A stretch of 64,000 nucleotides of DNA from positions 22,919,480-22,983,479 of the forward strand of contig NC_080408.1 of NCBI RefSeq assembly GCF_030265065.1, written 5' to 3'. Shown one piece after another: positions 46,334-58,678 of the stretch. The translations under genes were made by a program, and so were the position numbers. The stretch's first letter is position 1. Each line of letters starts with the position of its first letter. Source of the stretch: Corythoichthys intestinalis. Lineage: Eukaryota. The notes under the pieces were generated by a model, which had not been told where the DNA came from, made no database searches, and saw only the letters and a program-made list of their open reading frames with translations.

Positions 46334-48297
46334 CAATGGAGGAGGCAGCCGACCGTGTTTACATGGCTGCACGACTGTTTGTGCACCTCTTCAACCAGCG
46401 GGGGGCGTCCTTGCAACAGTGTATCCTGGAGCTGCTGGCCATCGCCGATGCCGCTGACCAGTTCCACAAGAAGACTGTATCAGCGGCCGTGGGTGGTGGC
46501 GTGGCGAGCGTGGCCGGCAGCCTGACCACCATCACGGGGCTCATCCTGGCACCGTTCACCTTCGGCGCCTCCATCATTGTCACAGCGGTGGGCATCGGCG
46601 TGGCCACAGCGGGAAGCATCACCTCGGCCACCGCCAACATCACTGACACTGTCCATTCTAACATGGACCGCAAGAAAGTGGAGAAGATGATCCAAGACTA
46701 TCAGGAGAGGATCAAAGATATCCGGGACTGCATGGATTTTGTGCAGGAGGGTATAGATACCCTACAGGAATGGGACTTTGAGAAATACTCGCAGAGTGCC
46801 GCGAAGAAGGCCCTGAATCACAACATCAAGCACGTGGTAAAGGAAGGCGGCCGGGCAGGGAAAGCCCTCATGATAAACACTGACAAGCTCATCAGCACCG
46901 TCCAAGTTCTGGGTGCGGGAGCTGGAGCAGCCAAAGCCGCCCAGGCCATAAGTGTCACCACAGGTGTCATGTCGGCGCTCTTCCTTGCTCTCGATGTCTT
47001 CTTCCTCGCCAAAGACTCCCACGAGTTGCGCAAAGGTGCCAAGACCAAGTTCGCCTCCAAGATAAGGGACGTGTGCAAAGATCTGCAGGATGGTCTTCTG
47101 GAGCTCAACAAGGTCAAGACCCAACTACAGAAAACCATGGACGGCATTGAAGTGGAAGAGTATGAGGAGATCGAGGAAGTGGAGGTGGAAGTGGATGACG
47201 ACCTGGAGTCTGATCCCAAGAAGCTGGCTGAGCTAGAGCAAGAGCTGGACCTCATGGAAGAGAAATTAGACAAGAGGATTGAGGATGGCAAAAATGCAGA
47301 AAAGGAAAGCGAATCCAAGGAGAAGAAGGAAGGGACAAGGAAGAAAGACAAACTGGACAAGGAAACAGAGAACCAGATCACAGCCTGGAAGGGAAAAAAG
47401 GAAAAAGAGGAAACATCTTCACTTAAAAAAGAGAAGGAGAAACCCAAAGAGAAGGACAATGTTGGGAAGGATCCAAATGAAAGAACAGTAGAATCCAGAA
47501 AGAAGTCAGAATATGAGAAAACTACCGAAGACAGATTGAAAGAAGCACCTACCAAAACACAAGACTCCCTTAGGATGCCAGAACATGACCGACGCGACAG
47601 AGAAAGTGAAGGGACGGAACTACGTAGAGATACAGGGGATTCTAAAAGGAAGCCAGGACATGAGAGAAGCCACCAAGAAGAAAGAATGACGACTGGGAAT
47701 CCTGATGGAAGAGCTAATATTGGTGAGCGGGCCAATCATGAGAGAGGAAGCAATAGATACGCCAAAAATAAAAGCAGCCTGACAGACAAGATTCGAGCAA
47801 AAGACTCGAGGACAGAAACGGGAAGTAGAGAAGAACAAGATTGGGAGAGGTCAATGATGAGGGACTCTCACGAAAGAAGTGACGACTGGAGGGGTTCGCA
47901 TCGGAGTCACAAATCGAGCCGAAGGAACTATTCAGATGATAAGATAGCCAGCCAGAAGAGTTACCACAGGAGGTCGACGGGAGAGGTGGAAGCAGAAGTG
48001 CGTGGCGAGGACAAACGAGTGAGCCGAATCGAGAGCGCCCGAAAGAAGTTTGAAAGAGATTTTGAGGACGTGGAGGAGCATCGAGGGAGCACGGAGCATC
48101 ATAGGAGAGATAGTGACAGAGTCAAGACAGGAGGCGATCGGGAGAGGAGAGGAAGTGATCGGGAAAGGCGAGAAAGTCACAGAGACACGACAATAAGTGA
48201 TCGGGAGAGGAGAGAAAGTGACAGAGAGCGGAAACATAGTCGTGGAAGTTCTCGCCATCATTCCAGCATCCTCATGGATGACGGACTCTACATTTAG
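46334..48297 (+). CDS. Apolipoprotein L (APOL)-like protein with long charged C-terminal extension, main or terminal coding exon (stop 48295-48297)
   Basis: ORF 46267-48297. Acceptor tgcatctgcag|G (46332/46333), phase-2 entry identical to gene 1. Strong-Kozak ATG at 46336 (gcaATGG). N-terminal ~270 aa align with gene 1 and the APOL core (…LAIADAADQFHKKTVSAAVGGGVASVAGSLTTITGLILAPFTFGASIIVTAVGIGVATAGS…LALDVFFLAKDSHELRKGAKTKFASKIRDV…LQDGLLELN). Followed by ~370 aa E/K/R/D/S-rich low complexity with RD/RE/RS repeats (…DRERRGSDRERRESHRDTTISDRERRESDRERKHSRGSS…). Confidence 0.8.
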
Positions 48298-49329
48298 ATT
48301 TGTTATTCTTTGGTCTTTTAGACACTCATTTGATATAGTTTGTCTCATATTTGATGAGTTGTAAATGCTGCTTCTCTTATTTTTAGGATTTAGTCAGATT
48401 CTGGATAACAGAATCCACTGTAGTTTGTTGTAAGCTAACAATTCTTGGGGAAAAGTCAGGTCTACATTTCTGTCTCAACTTATAGGAATTCTTCTAAAGA
48501 AGTCCTGATCCAGACATTGGTGTTTGATCCTAATGCTTTGGCCAAAAACCCCAAACGTACGCATGTCTTCCTGAGAAAGTTTATAACCAGATCTACTATT
48601 TATCTTCGGTTTCAGGTGTTTTAGCTTAACTCCTAGCCAGAACAAGATGTTGTGGTCCTAGTTTTTTTTGGGAAAAGTCCAATGCTAGACTAGGATCTTG
48701 GGGTTTCTGATTGAATTCAACTGACTCGATGTCTTTAGGTCCCAGGTCAAAAGCAAGGCATTGGTTGTTGTATTCTGGTCAACTCTTCAGCAAAATCAAT
48801 GTCTTATTTTTTAACCAGTCCAAGGTTTTGGAGTCTAAGGCCATAGCAAACTCTTGGCGCTTTGGTCCAAGTGTTTTAGCCAAATTTGTAAGTTAAAAAT
48901 GTTCGTGTATTTGGGATTTACATTATTATAAAGATTATATTAATCCTATTGTTATTCAATTAAACTATTTTGGCTCGTAACAGATGATTACAGCTGACGT
49001 TTTTATGCAAGTCAATGTACTTTTTACTGGTGATGGTTTTTATGTTGAACAAATAAATTATTTTTTTAATACTGATAAATATTTTGTTTTGGGTAGTTTT
49101 TTTGTATAAGGTTAAACAAACGTAAGTAAATACAATTTAACACTACCATACTCAAAATTATATTGCTCTAGTCAACAACCAGGTTTAGGGTTTCGATTAG
49201 GGTTTTAATCTTGGGTTCGGGTCCGAAGTAGTGTTTCTAACAAGAGTTAAGTTGTCAACGTAGGGTTTAAAACCAGGGCTAGGGTTTCAAACCTGGGTTA
49301 AGGTTTAAATAAGTTGCTGCTTTGATTAA

Positions 49330-49905
49330 CACATCATTACTTCTTATTCACCTTCACATTTCATAAGCATTCATTAATGCTCATGGCAGTGTCATTTCAT
49401 AATTATGGTCTTGGACAGTAGCGCCATAAAACTGTCATATAAAGTGTTACCAAATACCATAACTACCAATTAATGAAACAACTGGAACAGTAACTGAAGA
49501 AATAACATGAAGTTTGATTGTTATTTACATTTGTAGCACGACAATGCATGCTAGGAGGCATGTTGGATGACAACAGTGTTGACAGCAGGTGGCAGCAGAG
49601 GTTGATTGTCTCCCCCAAGGGACTGGCCAAATGAAGCTTCTTGAAGCAATAAAGCTTTGCAGCCAATTGGTTCAAAGCTTCATGGTGGTTCATTTGGTCT
49701 TATGACAGTCCTATGATGCCGGTGTCAAATAAAGTGTTACCGGTTAATATCTTTTGGTGTAAATATCCCATAATACAGTGAGGACAGCTGGGGCTTATTG
49801 TCCAGTTCGGCTTATCTATGAACAAACGCCAGTTTTCGTGTCAAATTTGGTGGGTGGCAGCTTATAGACAAGTGTGCCTTATAGTCCGGAAATTATGGTA
49901 CATAG
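49330..49905 (-). mobile_element. Copy of the TA-target element family related to 21791-22610; terminus …ccttatagtccggaaattatggta
   Basis: Long collinear similarity with 22090-22640. Ends with the TACCATAATTTCCGGACTATAAGG-type TIR in reverse orientation. Confidence 0.5.
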
Positions 49906-50041
49906 TATAGGATTTTATGCACATAAAACGACTAGAACAACATTCCCTATTATACAACATAACAGTCTTTCAACAGTATGAATGCACATAACACCACATC
50001 TTGACAACTTCACAACATACAGTAAAGGTACACAACATGAA

Positions 50042-50710
50042 TACAGTGATCCCTTGCTACTTTGCGCTTGAAACTTGGAACCCTCAGTCCATCGCGGATT
50101 TTTTTTCCAATTAAAAAATACAGATGAGCTGTCCCCATCCGATCAGGTAGTCTCACTCTCCCTCCTGCTCCTTTTCTTGGTCAGGCAGTGCACTGGAGTT
50201 GCTTATTAAAGTTAACGATGATTGACAGACTTTAAGGTTTGATCTTGCCAGATGATGCCTGGAAACCAAAACTTCAAAGCTCCGCATGCGTCAATCATCG
50301 TTTAACTTGTTAAACAGTCACTGTGGCAACTCTTTGTGTGTAAGTGAGCAGCATGAATGGATTTGAGTTGACTCATTCAATGAAGCATTTAATCGGGACT
50401 TGCATTTTTTTTTTTTACTTCATTCTTGTTTGAAAATAATTCGGTTGGACAGTAACATGTTTAAAACATAATTATTACATTTGAAGTGCTTAAAAACCAT
50501 TTATTAAAATATATAATACATTTTTTAATTTAAATAATTAGTTTTTGTTCATTAAACGTGCATCTCTAGCCAATGCTGAATCTGAATAAATACATTGAAC
50601 ACACACACAAACACACACAAAAAATTGTGGGTGTGGGGGCGTTACTTCGCGTTTTTTTACTTATCGCAGCGGGTTCTGGTCCCCATTAACCGTGAAAAAC
50701 GAGGGATCAA
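50042..50710 (+). mobile_element. Tc1/mariner-like MITE (TIR TACAGTGATCCCTYG…GTTAATGGGGACCAGAACCCGCTGCGATAAGT)
   Basis: Left tacagtgatcccttgc...; right ...acttatcgcagcgggttctggtccccattaaccgtgaaaaacgagggatca. Short fragments of the same TIR at 28958-29035, 33838-33915 and 38344-38420. Confidence 0.55.
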
Positions 50711-52254
50711 TGTTATATTTATTTGTGTGTATCATTCATCTTCCAAGCTGCTTATGCATCCTGACACGTGACTACACACAAAATGACTACACGTAACAAA
50801 GAATAAAAAATGGGCAAACTACATCATTAATGTATTTTTTAAGTAAATGAAATTGCAGACAGGTAATACAAACCCAGTTTAATTCATATATTCATTGTTT
50901 AAAACCTGTACATATACTGTACTTGCAGTGATAGAAAACTGAAGCTAGCACAAGTTCGGTCAAGACTAACGATATCAAAACTATTTAGCTGTACAAAATA
51001 TTGAAATTCTTTTGTAAATGTATGAGCTCACCAAAAATCAGTGCATGCACATCCAGGGTTTTCCCATAAGCGGAGTTTAAGGGGTGGGGGGGGCAAGGGG
51101 GCCAGGCCCCCTGGTGGCCGAAAAATGTCATTGCATGTAATTGACTTTCCTATACTGTGTATGATTTTAAAATTTAGAATTTTCTGGTAAAATGTTGTCT
51201 ATAAAACTTGTAAAACAGTAAAACAAACAACAAAAATGAATGAAATGAAGAAAAAAAAGCACCTTAGACGGTGATTTGCTTTGCTTAGCCAAAACCACCT
51301 GAGGACCAAAGAGGCAAGATGGATATACGGAATTTTTTAAAACCTAAACTTTCAAAAGCGACAACAACTACTGAGCAAGAACCAAGGATTGAAAATGTGG
51401 ACCATCAAACGCTAGGGACCACCATCGAAATGGTGAGCGGACTTTCAATTTGCCCCACTAAAGACGCTAATTTTACAACAGAGCCACCACCAGTGACTTG
51501 CCAATGTAGTTACCCCCGTCAAAAATTCTGTCCCCTGTCCGCCGGAGCGCACACACATATTAGTTATGAGTTATGTCGACTTAAAAAAGTCATTTGAAGC
51601 CAGAAAAGAACCACAGTTATAAATTTTGGACATCAACGTTTATTAAACTGGAGAAACTCCATACAGGACTTGAATTACAGTAATAACAGTTATAGGTCAC
51701 TCTACGAGTAAAAGAGTGAAACTTTGCCTTTTTTTACGTTCAGTACGTATGTTACGTTATACGACAGATGGATGGGCCATGTTTTAAAACCTCGTAGATA
51801 ACTACATCATCAAAACATGGAAATCAAGCAAATCAGTGCTGCACAGCGGGTCCGCCCAGGGCATACAATATTTGACGAGGGTAACTACATTGGCACGACA
51901 CTGGCGGGCGTACCATATTCAATGGATGATGATCTTGGCGAAAAGTATAGCTGTCCTAGGCAGCCTGATTTAAAATTCCCCTCAAGAATGATGGTAAACA
52001 TAATCAATAATAAAATAATCTTATTATTATAAATATTCTTGTTAGTTAATTTTATTGTTGACACTGCGTTTTGGGGTCATCAACATGTTGTGCCCCTCCT
52101 GTCTCAAAAGTCAAACTCCGCCTATGGGTATTCCATAGAAATACACTGCACAGAATGATTCCAATATAGATGCTCGAAGGTGTAAGTTTAAGATATATTT
52201 AACATGTACTGGAAAAGTACATATCCTGTTTGAATTATGATTGGGATTTCATGT

Positions 52255-52260
52255 TTTATT
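52255..52260 (-). promoter_or_regulatory. AATAAA polyadenylation signal (minus strand) ~190 nt downstream of the Glu-rich repeat ORF stop
   Basis: + strand tttatt at 52255-52260 is AATAAA on the - strand. Confidence 0.4.
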
Positions 52261-52451
52261 CCCAGCATGAGGTTTGTGTAAAACTGTACTCGGGCTGAAT
52301 TTTGCCATTTAGCTCTGTGTTAGAGAACAGTATAAAGAATAGTTAGAATGGGCATTCAAAAACGTTGTACAAAGTGCATGATTTGTCCATCCTAAAATTC
52401 ACTCGAAACGCCAATATCCAAAACTTTTGTGAATAATGCAACTTTGAAATG

Positions 52452-54810
52452 TCATTGGAATTCAACCCCCTTGTCCCGTTGCCGTTCCCGCTCGCTTTCA
52501 CGCTCCTTTTCTCGCCTCAAAGTAGCTATAGCGACAGCCTCGTCGAAGCACATGCTGAGCGGGCTGTTTCGGGGCGAGTCCTTGCCGCAGGTGGCACCGA
52601 CATCATCTGGCGTGTCGGCATCCCTCCTCTCTCGCTGTTGTTGCTGTTGTCGAAGACTCCGGGCAACCAATTTACAGTGTTGGGGCTTGGGTGGGACAAT
52701 TGGTACCGCTTTCACTTGGTAAACGTTGGGCAATTTTGAGATAACCAGCTTCCTTCCTACTCCTCGATCCTCAAACCTCATACCTTCTCTGTACTCCAGA
52801 ATATCAGATCTGACATCTTTCTGGGGTGTATCTCGAAGACTTGGTGTCACTATCACTTCTTCACAATTGGGTTTGTTCTCGATGGGTACCAACTTTTCGC
52901 TTAGGGTACATTCTTCTTTGGGTAACTTTAGTCCTTGCTCTTCAAACTTTACATTTTCTTGGGACTCCGCAACATATTTAAGGGGTGTGTCTCCACGACT
53001 TGGTGTCACTGTCACTTCCTCACAAATGAGTTTGTTTTCTTCACGTACCAACTTTTCCTCAACAGTAAATTCTGGTTCACACCACTTTGGTTCTTGCTCC
53101 TCAGTCCTTGCAGCTTCTTCAAACTTGGGAAAATCCTCTTTCAGGGGTTCATCGCCAATACTTAGTGACACTGTCAGTTCCCCACAAATGGGTTTGTCAT
53201 TTTCAGTCTCCAAATTCTCCTGAAGAGTAACTTCCGGGTCACACCTCTCTGATCCTTGCTCCTCAACCTTCACAGCAAATCCGGACCGCGCAACATCAGA
53301 ACTGACAACTTTCAGGGTTGCATCTCTAAAACTCGGTGTAACTGTCACTTCCTCACAAATGGGCTTTTCTTCTTCACGCACAAACGTTTTCTTAATAATA
53401 AAATCTGATTCACACTTCTCTGGTCCTTGCTCCTCAATGCTCATGGCTTCTCCAATCTCTGGAACTTCCGCCCTGACCTCTTTCAGGGGTATATCTCTAA
53501 GACTTGGCGTCACTATCACTTCCTCACAAATTGGTTTGTCTTCTTCAGGCACCAAATTTTCCTTGACAGGAACATCTTGTTCACATCTGTCTGGAACTTG
53601 TTCATCAAGCTTCCTGTCTTCTCCGGACAGTGGGATGTCAGACCTGATCTCTCTCAGTGGTATATCTCTAAGGCTTGACTTTGCTGTCACTTCTTCACCA
53701 ACAGGTTTTTCATCTTCAGTCAACAAATTCTCCTGAACAGTAGCTTCTGGTTCGCACTTCTCTGGTCCTTGCTCCTCAAACGTCACAGCTTCTCCAGCCC
53801 CCGAAACAATAGGCCTGAGAAGTTTCAGGGGTGTATCTATAAGACTTGGTGTCACTGTCAGTTCCTCACTAATAGGTTTCACTTCTATAGACACAAATCT
53901 TTCCTTAACAGTAACATCTAGTTCACACCTTTCTAGTTCTTGCTCCTCAACCCTCATGGCTTCTCCAGAATCTTGAATGTCAGACCTGACCTCTTTCAGG
54001 GATCTATCTCGAAGAGTTGGTGTCACGGACATTTCCTTGCGAAAGGGTTTGTCTTCTTCAGGCACAAGCTTTTCCCGAACAGTACCTTCTTGTTCACATC
54101 TCTCTGGACCTTTCTCGTCAAGACTCACACCTTCTCTAGACTCTGATTCGTCAGACCTGACCTTTTTCAGAGGTGTATCTTCAAGACTTGGGGTCACTTC
54201 CACTTCCACACAAGTTGGTGCTTCGGGCACCAACATTTTTACAACCTCAGCTACTTGGTCAAATCTCTCTGTAGAGTTCATCTCCTTCACCTCAGTCTTC
54301 TGTCCTGGAATTGTCTCTATCTTGTTGGTCTCTTCGCTGTATTCACCCTCCACTGTCTTTCTTTCTTCTTCCTCAATCAGTTCACAAACGACCTCCTCAA
54401 GCTCCTTCCAGACTATCATGAAGTCTTCCTCCTGCGTCTTTCCTGATCTCAGTTCCTTGTTCTCTTCTTTTGAGAGATTTTTAGGCAAATTTCCTATAGT
54501 TTCAGGATTCATATCCTCTGTGTTTTTGCCATCTTCTCCCTCATCCGTGTCCTGTTTAACAGATGCTGTCACCTCTTCAGAAACATCTAGGAGCTCCTCT
54601 GCTTCGGATGTTTCTTTCTGAGCACAACCAGAAACAGAGTAGTGAAGGACCTCTTCTTCCTGTCTTACGTTACTAACTGCTACATCATCAGTGGTGTCAA
54701 CACTTGATTCATCTGTGTGCTCTTGCATTGCTAAGTCTAGACATTGGTTTGATGGCATTTCTAAGGAGAAAGGTTCAGGCCCAGCTTCCTTCATTATGAG
54801 ATCTTCATTC
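52452..54810 (-). CDS. Glu-rich protein with nine tandem ~57-aa repeats (consensus VTPSLRDTPLKEVRSDI..SGEAM.VEEQGPEKCEPE.TV.ENLVPEEDKPICEEV); large coding exon, stop at 52452-52454
   Basis: 780-codon ORF on the - strand. Upstream acceptor (- strand ttttctgtgcag|G at 54811/54810), so ATG 54794 may be the start (with spliced 5' UTR) or internal. Repeat period 171 nt. Two conserved Cys per repeat (RCE… and KPICEEV). The + strand ORFs over the same region (52726-53223, 53359-53736, 53977-54621) are shadow frames. Confidence 0.65.
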
Positions 54811-56036
54811 CTGCACAGAAAAGAAACAATTACAGTTTGTATTCAGGTTCTACAGGTTCTATAACAAGTGGTTTGTAGAAATTTAGCCATCCATTTTAGA
54901 AAACATGGGCAGCTCAGTGTCTGTTTTCGATTTCTTATATTTCCCATTTCTGCACAGAATTTTGGAATGCTGGAGACATGCGTACCAACAAATGAGTTTT
55001 GTTCCCTCATCTGTGGTCAGTACAAGCCAAGGCTAGATTCTCATGAGCGATTATTGTTTGGTGTGGGTAGTTTATTGTTCTCCCTGATCTTCTCAGAAAA
55101 CAGACAGGTCCAACAATATTGAATGTGTTCATTTATAGTCGCTCAATTAGGAAGTTCACTGAAGCTAGCTATTCCTGGACACAAACAAAGGAGTAACTAG
55201 TTGTGTAGAGTGTTTGTGCCACATGTCTAACAAATCATTCACCAAAATAAAATTTTGAGAAGAATTTGCAATCACAATTTAGTTACTACACAAATTAAGT
55301 GTTAGCCTTCCATTTCTTATTCTGCTACATACTCAATCTTCTACTTTGTGATTTCTGGCAGTGTTTAAGCCCTACGGCACCATGCTGCCTTTCACAGGTA
55401 AGTTACGGTACTATGATACCATTACATGGTACTATTCGACATCAATTTAGGTGTAGTGTGCTTGCTGTTAGTCATTTCAAGTACACTTCGTGTGAGAGGA
55501 GATTGCAAAGTGATTTTTTTGGGGGGTCACGTGAGGTCGTACATTTAAAAAATCTTAAGATATTAAGCCACTGTGCCAAACACACTTAACTAATATGCAG
55601 AAAATGTCAACAACCTGGTGCGGATGTTGAGTACCGTATTTTTCGGACTACAAGTCGCACCTGAGTATAAGTCGCACAAGCCATAAAATGCCCAACGAAG
55701 AGGAAAAAAAAAACATGTACAAGTCGCACCTGAGTATAAGTCGCATTTTTGGGGGAAATTTGCTTGATAAAATCCAACACATAGAACAGACATGTCATCT
55801 TGAAAGGCACTTTAATATAAAAATACAATAGAGAACAACATTCGGAATAAGTGCACAGTGTACAGTGCATGAACAACGAAATGCGAATATACTGTCTCAC
55901 CAGGACGCTACGGCTCGGTCCTGGCTATTCAGCGGGCTAAACTCCCAAATGACGATGCTGAACGTCCATATAATTTGCTGAATCAATTTCGTCCTCGATA
56001 CCAAACAGGTTCGCATCGACGTAAATAAATGATAAT

Positions 56037-57519
56037 TAGTAGTGGTGTCAACAATAATCGATGCGGCGATGCATCCCGATGCGGGGCATGGACGATTCGA
56101 GTCGATGCGGGCAACAAGCCGAATCGATTCAGCGCATTTTAAAATATATAAGTACGTTCAAAAATCTTCCCTGCGCAATTCCGGTGATGCAACGGATTTG
56201 GTTTACCCATTTGTATTATTATTGTCATGTTTCATTTTTTACACACGCATAACTCTGGTCAAGTTTCCCACCAACCTCTTAGAAGCCAAAATGTCTCCAG
56301 ATGTCTACTTTCAATGTCTTAGGTGCATCAATAATCTTTCTCACTCCCTCTTTCTCCGCTTTAGCCATTGTTATGTTATGTCCTATCTCGTAGAGGTTAG
56401 ATGGTCGGGCCCAAAATGTTAAGCATTCACGTTCGGGACAGGTCGGGCCGCCGCGCCGACTAATAAATTATAAAAAAAATAAATAAAAAAAAGGGATAAA
56501 ACCGAGAGCAGGCTCTCTGTATTGTGCAATTGCTTGTGCAAGCACATGAATGCCATGGCGCCGCTCGCTTTTCTTCTTCTCCTCCCACTGTGGCGCTTGC
56601 GATTCGTTACGAAAGACACTTTTATTCATGCACACAAAGGCAAGACAAATGTGATCCTTTTGAATCTTCTCCTCTGTGTGTTTTTTTTTTATATTAAACT
56701 TTCCTGCCGTTATTTCGTTGTGTAAATGCTTTTATAATGCTCATAAAAATATGTAGACTATTTAAACATTAAGAAAACTTGAGAATTCGTTACGAAGGAC
56801 ACCTTTATTTATGCAGACAAAGGCAACAGAAATGTTATCCTTTTGAATCTTCTCCTGTTTTTTAAAAAAAATTTATATTAAACTTTGGCTGGATTTTTTA
56901 GGCCCGATCTAACCTCTATTGCACATATATAGTGGGCTGGGCCTACATTTTACTTTTGTTCTACATTGCAATTTAGTTGATGTTTTGTTTGCAACTGAAC
57001 TGATCCCTGGATTGATATTGCGATAAAGATGCTGCTGCACTTCAATATTTTCTTTGTCGTTTTCTTTAATATTTACTTGAATATTTTTATTGATGGGTCG
57101 TTGTGACTAAAATACAGTGACTGTTATTACTGATTTTGCACAGGAGTTCAGATGTTGTCCTGTGTGAAAGGCTGCTACTGTGTGTAAGAAAAAGAAAAAG
57201 GCCCTGGTCTCATTCAAAGCACTAATTAAATGCTGTGATGTTTTATATATATATATATATAATATATATATATGAAAGCATTTTCATTTGACTTCAACCA
57301 GGAGTGACACAAGAGCCAATAAAAAGTTGTTTAATGTTTGACCGCTTGTGTTCTCTAATGTTTCACGAAAAATATGCTTTGCTTTCGAATTTTAATGCAT
57401 CCCAGGCTTTAATGCATCGCGATGCATTGCCGAATCGAACCGAATCGTGACCCTCTGAATCGAATCGAATCGAATTGTGGCCCTCATAATCGTAATCGAA
57501 TCGAATCGTGAGGGCAGTG
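56037..57519 (+). mobile_element. Nested hAT-like element (TIR TAGTGGTGTCAACA / …GTTGATGCACACCTCTA) with internal (cgaatcgaat)n and a ~100-bp x2 duplication
   Basis: 8-bp TSD ATAATTAG on both sides (56029-56036 and 57520-57527). The site is single-copy in the intact host element at ~34990. Confidence 0.55.
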
Positions 57520-58070
57520 TTGATGCACACCTCTAATAATTAGGTGCTTTTACAGCAATGACATGACACAAACGGTTAGCATGCGTTCGCTAGCATTAGC
57601 GCATCGTTCAAACAACCACACAACTGGCTCTAAATGTCCGATCGCGGGTGGAAAACACACAACAACAACAGAAAAGATGACACACACAGGCGTTGCCTCG
57701 GTAGAGATATTTTATAAGCATAAACAATGAACGTAGGTTCGCAGCCGTGTTTCTCTCTCGCTAACTCGCCCACTCACTCAGAGCTACGTAGCTGTCGGTC
57801 TTCTTCTGGCGTGTGAGCGCTCTTCTTCACGTAAACAAGTGCAAGTGCGCCCCCATGTGGGCATGAAAGCGCCACAAACTAAAAGCATGCATTTCAATAT
57901 AAAAAAGTCAATAATACAATTGAACACTCATTGCCAAAGGCAGAACGCGAACGTGGCCATAGCTACTAAGTTATTCAGATAACTATAGCATAAAGAACAT
58001 GCTAACAAGTTTACCAAACCATCAGTGTCACTCCAAAACAACAAAATAACATGTGAAATGATATCATGAT

Positions 58071-58678
58071 TAGGGCTGTCAAAATTATCGCATTAACGGG
58101 CGGTAATTCATTTTTTTAATTAATCACTTTAAAATATTTGACGCAATTAACGCACATGCCCCGCTCAAACATATTAAAATGACAGCACAATGTCATGCCC
58201 ACTTGTTACCTGTGTTTTTTACCTCCCTCTGCTGGCGCTTTGGTGCGACTGAATTTATGGGTTTAAGCACCATGAACATTGTGTAATTATTGACATCAAC
58301 AATGGCGAGTTATTAGTTTATTTTTTGATTGAAAATTTTACAAATTTTATTAAAACGAAAATGTTAAGAGGGTTTTTGATATAAAACTTCTATAACTTTT
58401 ACTAACATTTATCTTTTAAGAACTACAAGTATCAATGGATCGCTTTAACAGAATGTTAATATTAATGCCATCTTGTTGATTTATTGTTATAATAAACAAA
58501 TACAGTACTTATGTACAGTATGTTGAATCTATATAGCCGTCTTGCGTCTTATCTTTCCATTCCAATAATAGTCTACAGAAAAATATGGCATATTTTATCG
58601 ATGGTTTGAATTGCGATTAATTACGATTAATTAATTTTTAAGCTGTGATTAACTTGATTAAAAATTTTAATCGTTTGA
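58071..58678 (-). mobile_element. hAT-type MITE family 1 copy nested in the TA-target MITE
   Basis: tagggctgtcaaaattatcg...cgtttgacagcccta. 8-bp TSD ATCATGAT / ATCATAAT (one mismatch). Confidence 0.7.

Noticed and set aside
46359-48348. Long opposite-strand and alternative-frame ORFs across APOL-like gene 2 (46818-47735 -, 47932-48348 -, 46762-47124 -, 47279-47491 +)
   Set aside because: Shadow ORFs of the low-complexity E/K/R tail. Ser/Leu/Phe-rich nonsense composition, and no splice or start context.
51319-52032. ORFs MDIRNFLKPKLSKATTTTEQEP… (51319-51597) and MEIKQISAAQRVRPGHTIFDEGNYIGTT… (51817-52032)
   Set aside because: The MDIRNF start resembles some hAT-derived ORF starts, but I cannot support a domain assignment from memory. 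No TIRs or splice structure identified.
52726-54621. Plus-strand ORFs 52726-53223, 53359-53736, 53977-54621 and small ones at 52429-52739, 53427-53678, 53940-54146
   Set aside because: All lie antisense to, or are frame-shifted within, the 171-nt-periodic Glu-rich repeat ORF on the - strand. They are Ser/Leu-rich mirror frames of the GAG/GAA-rich sense strand.
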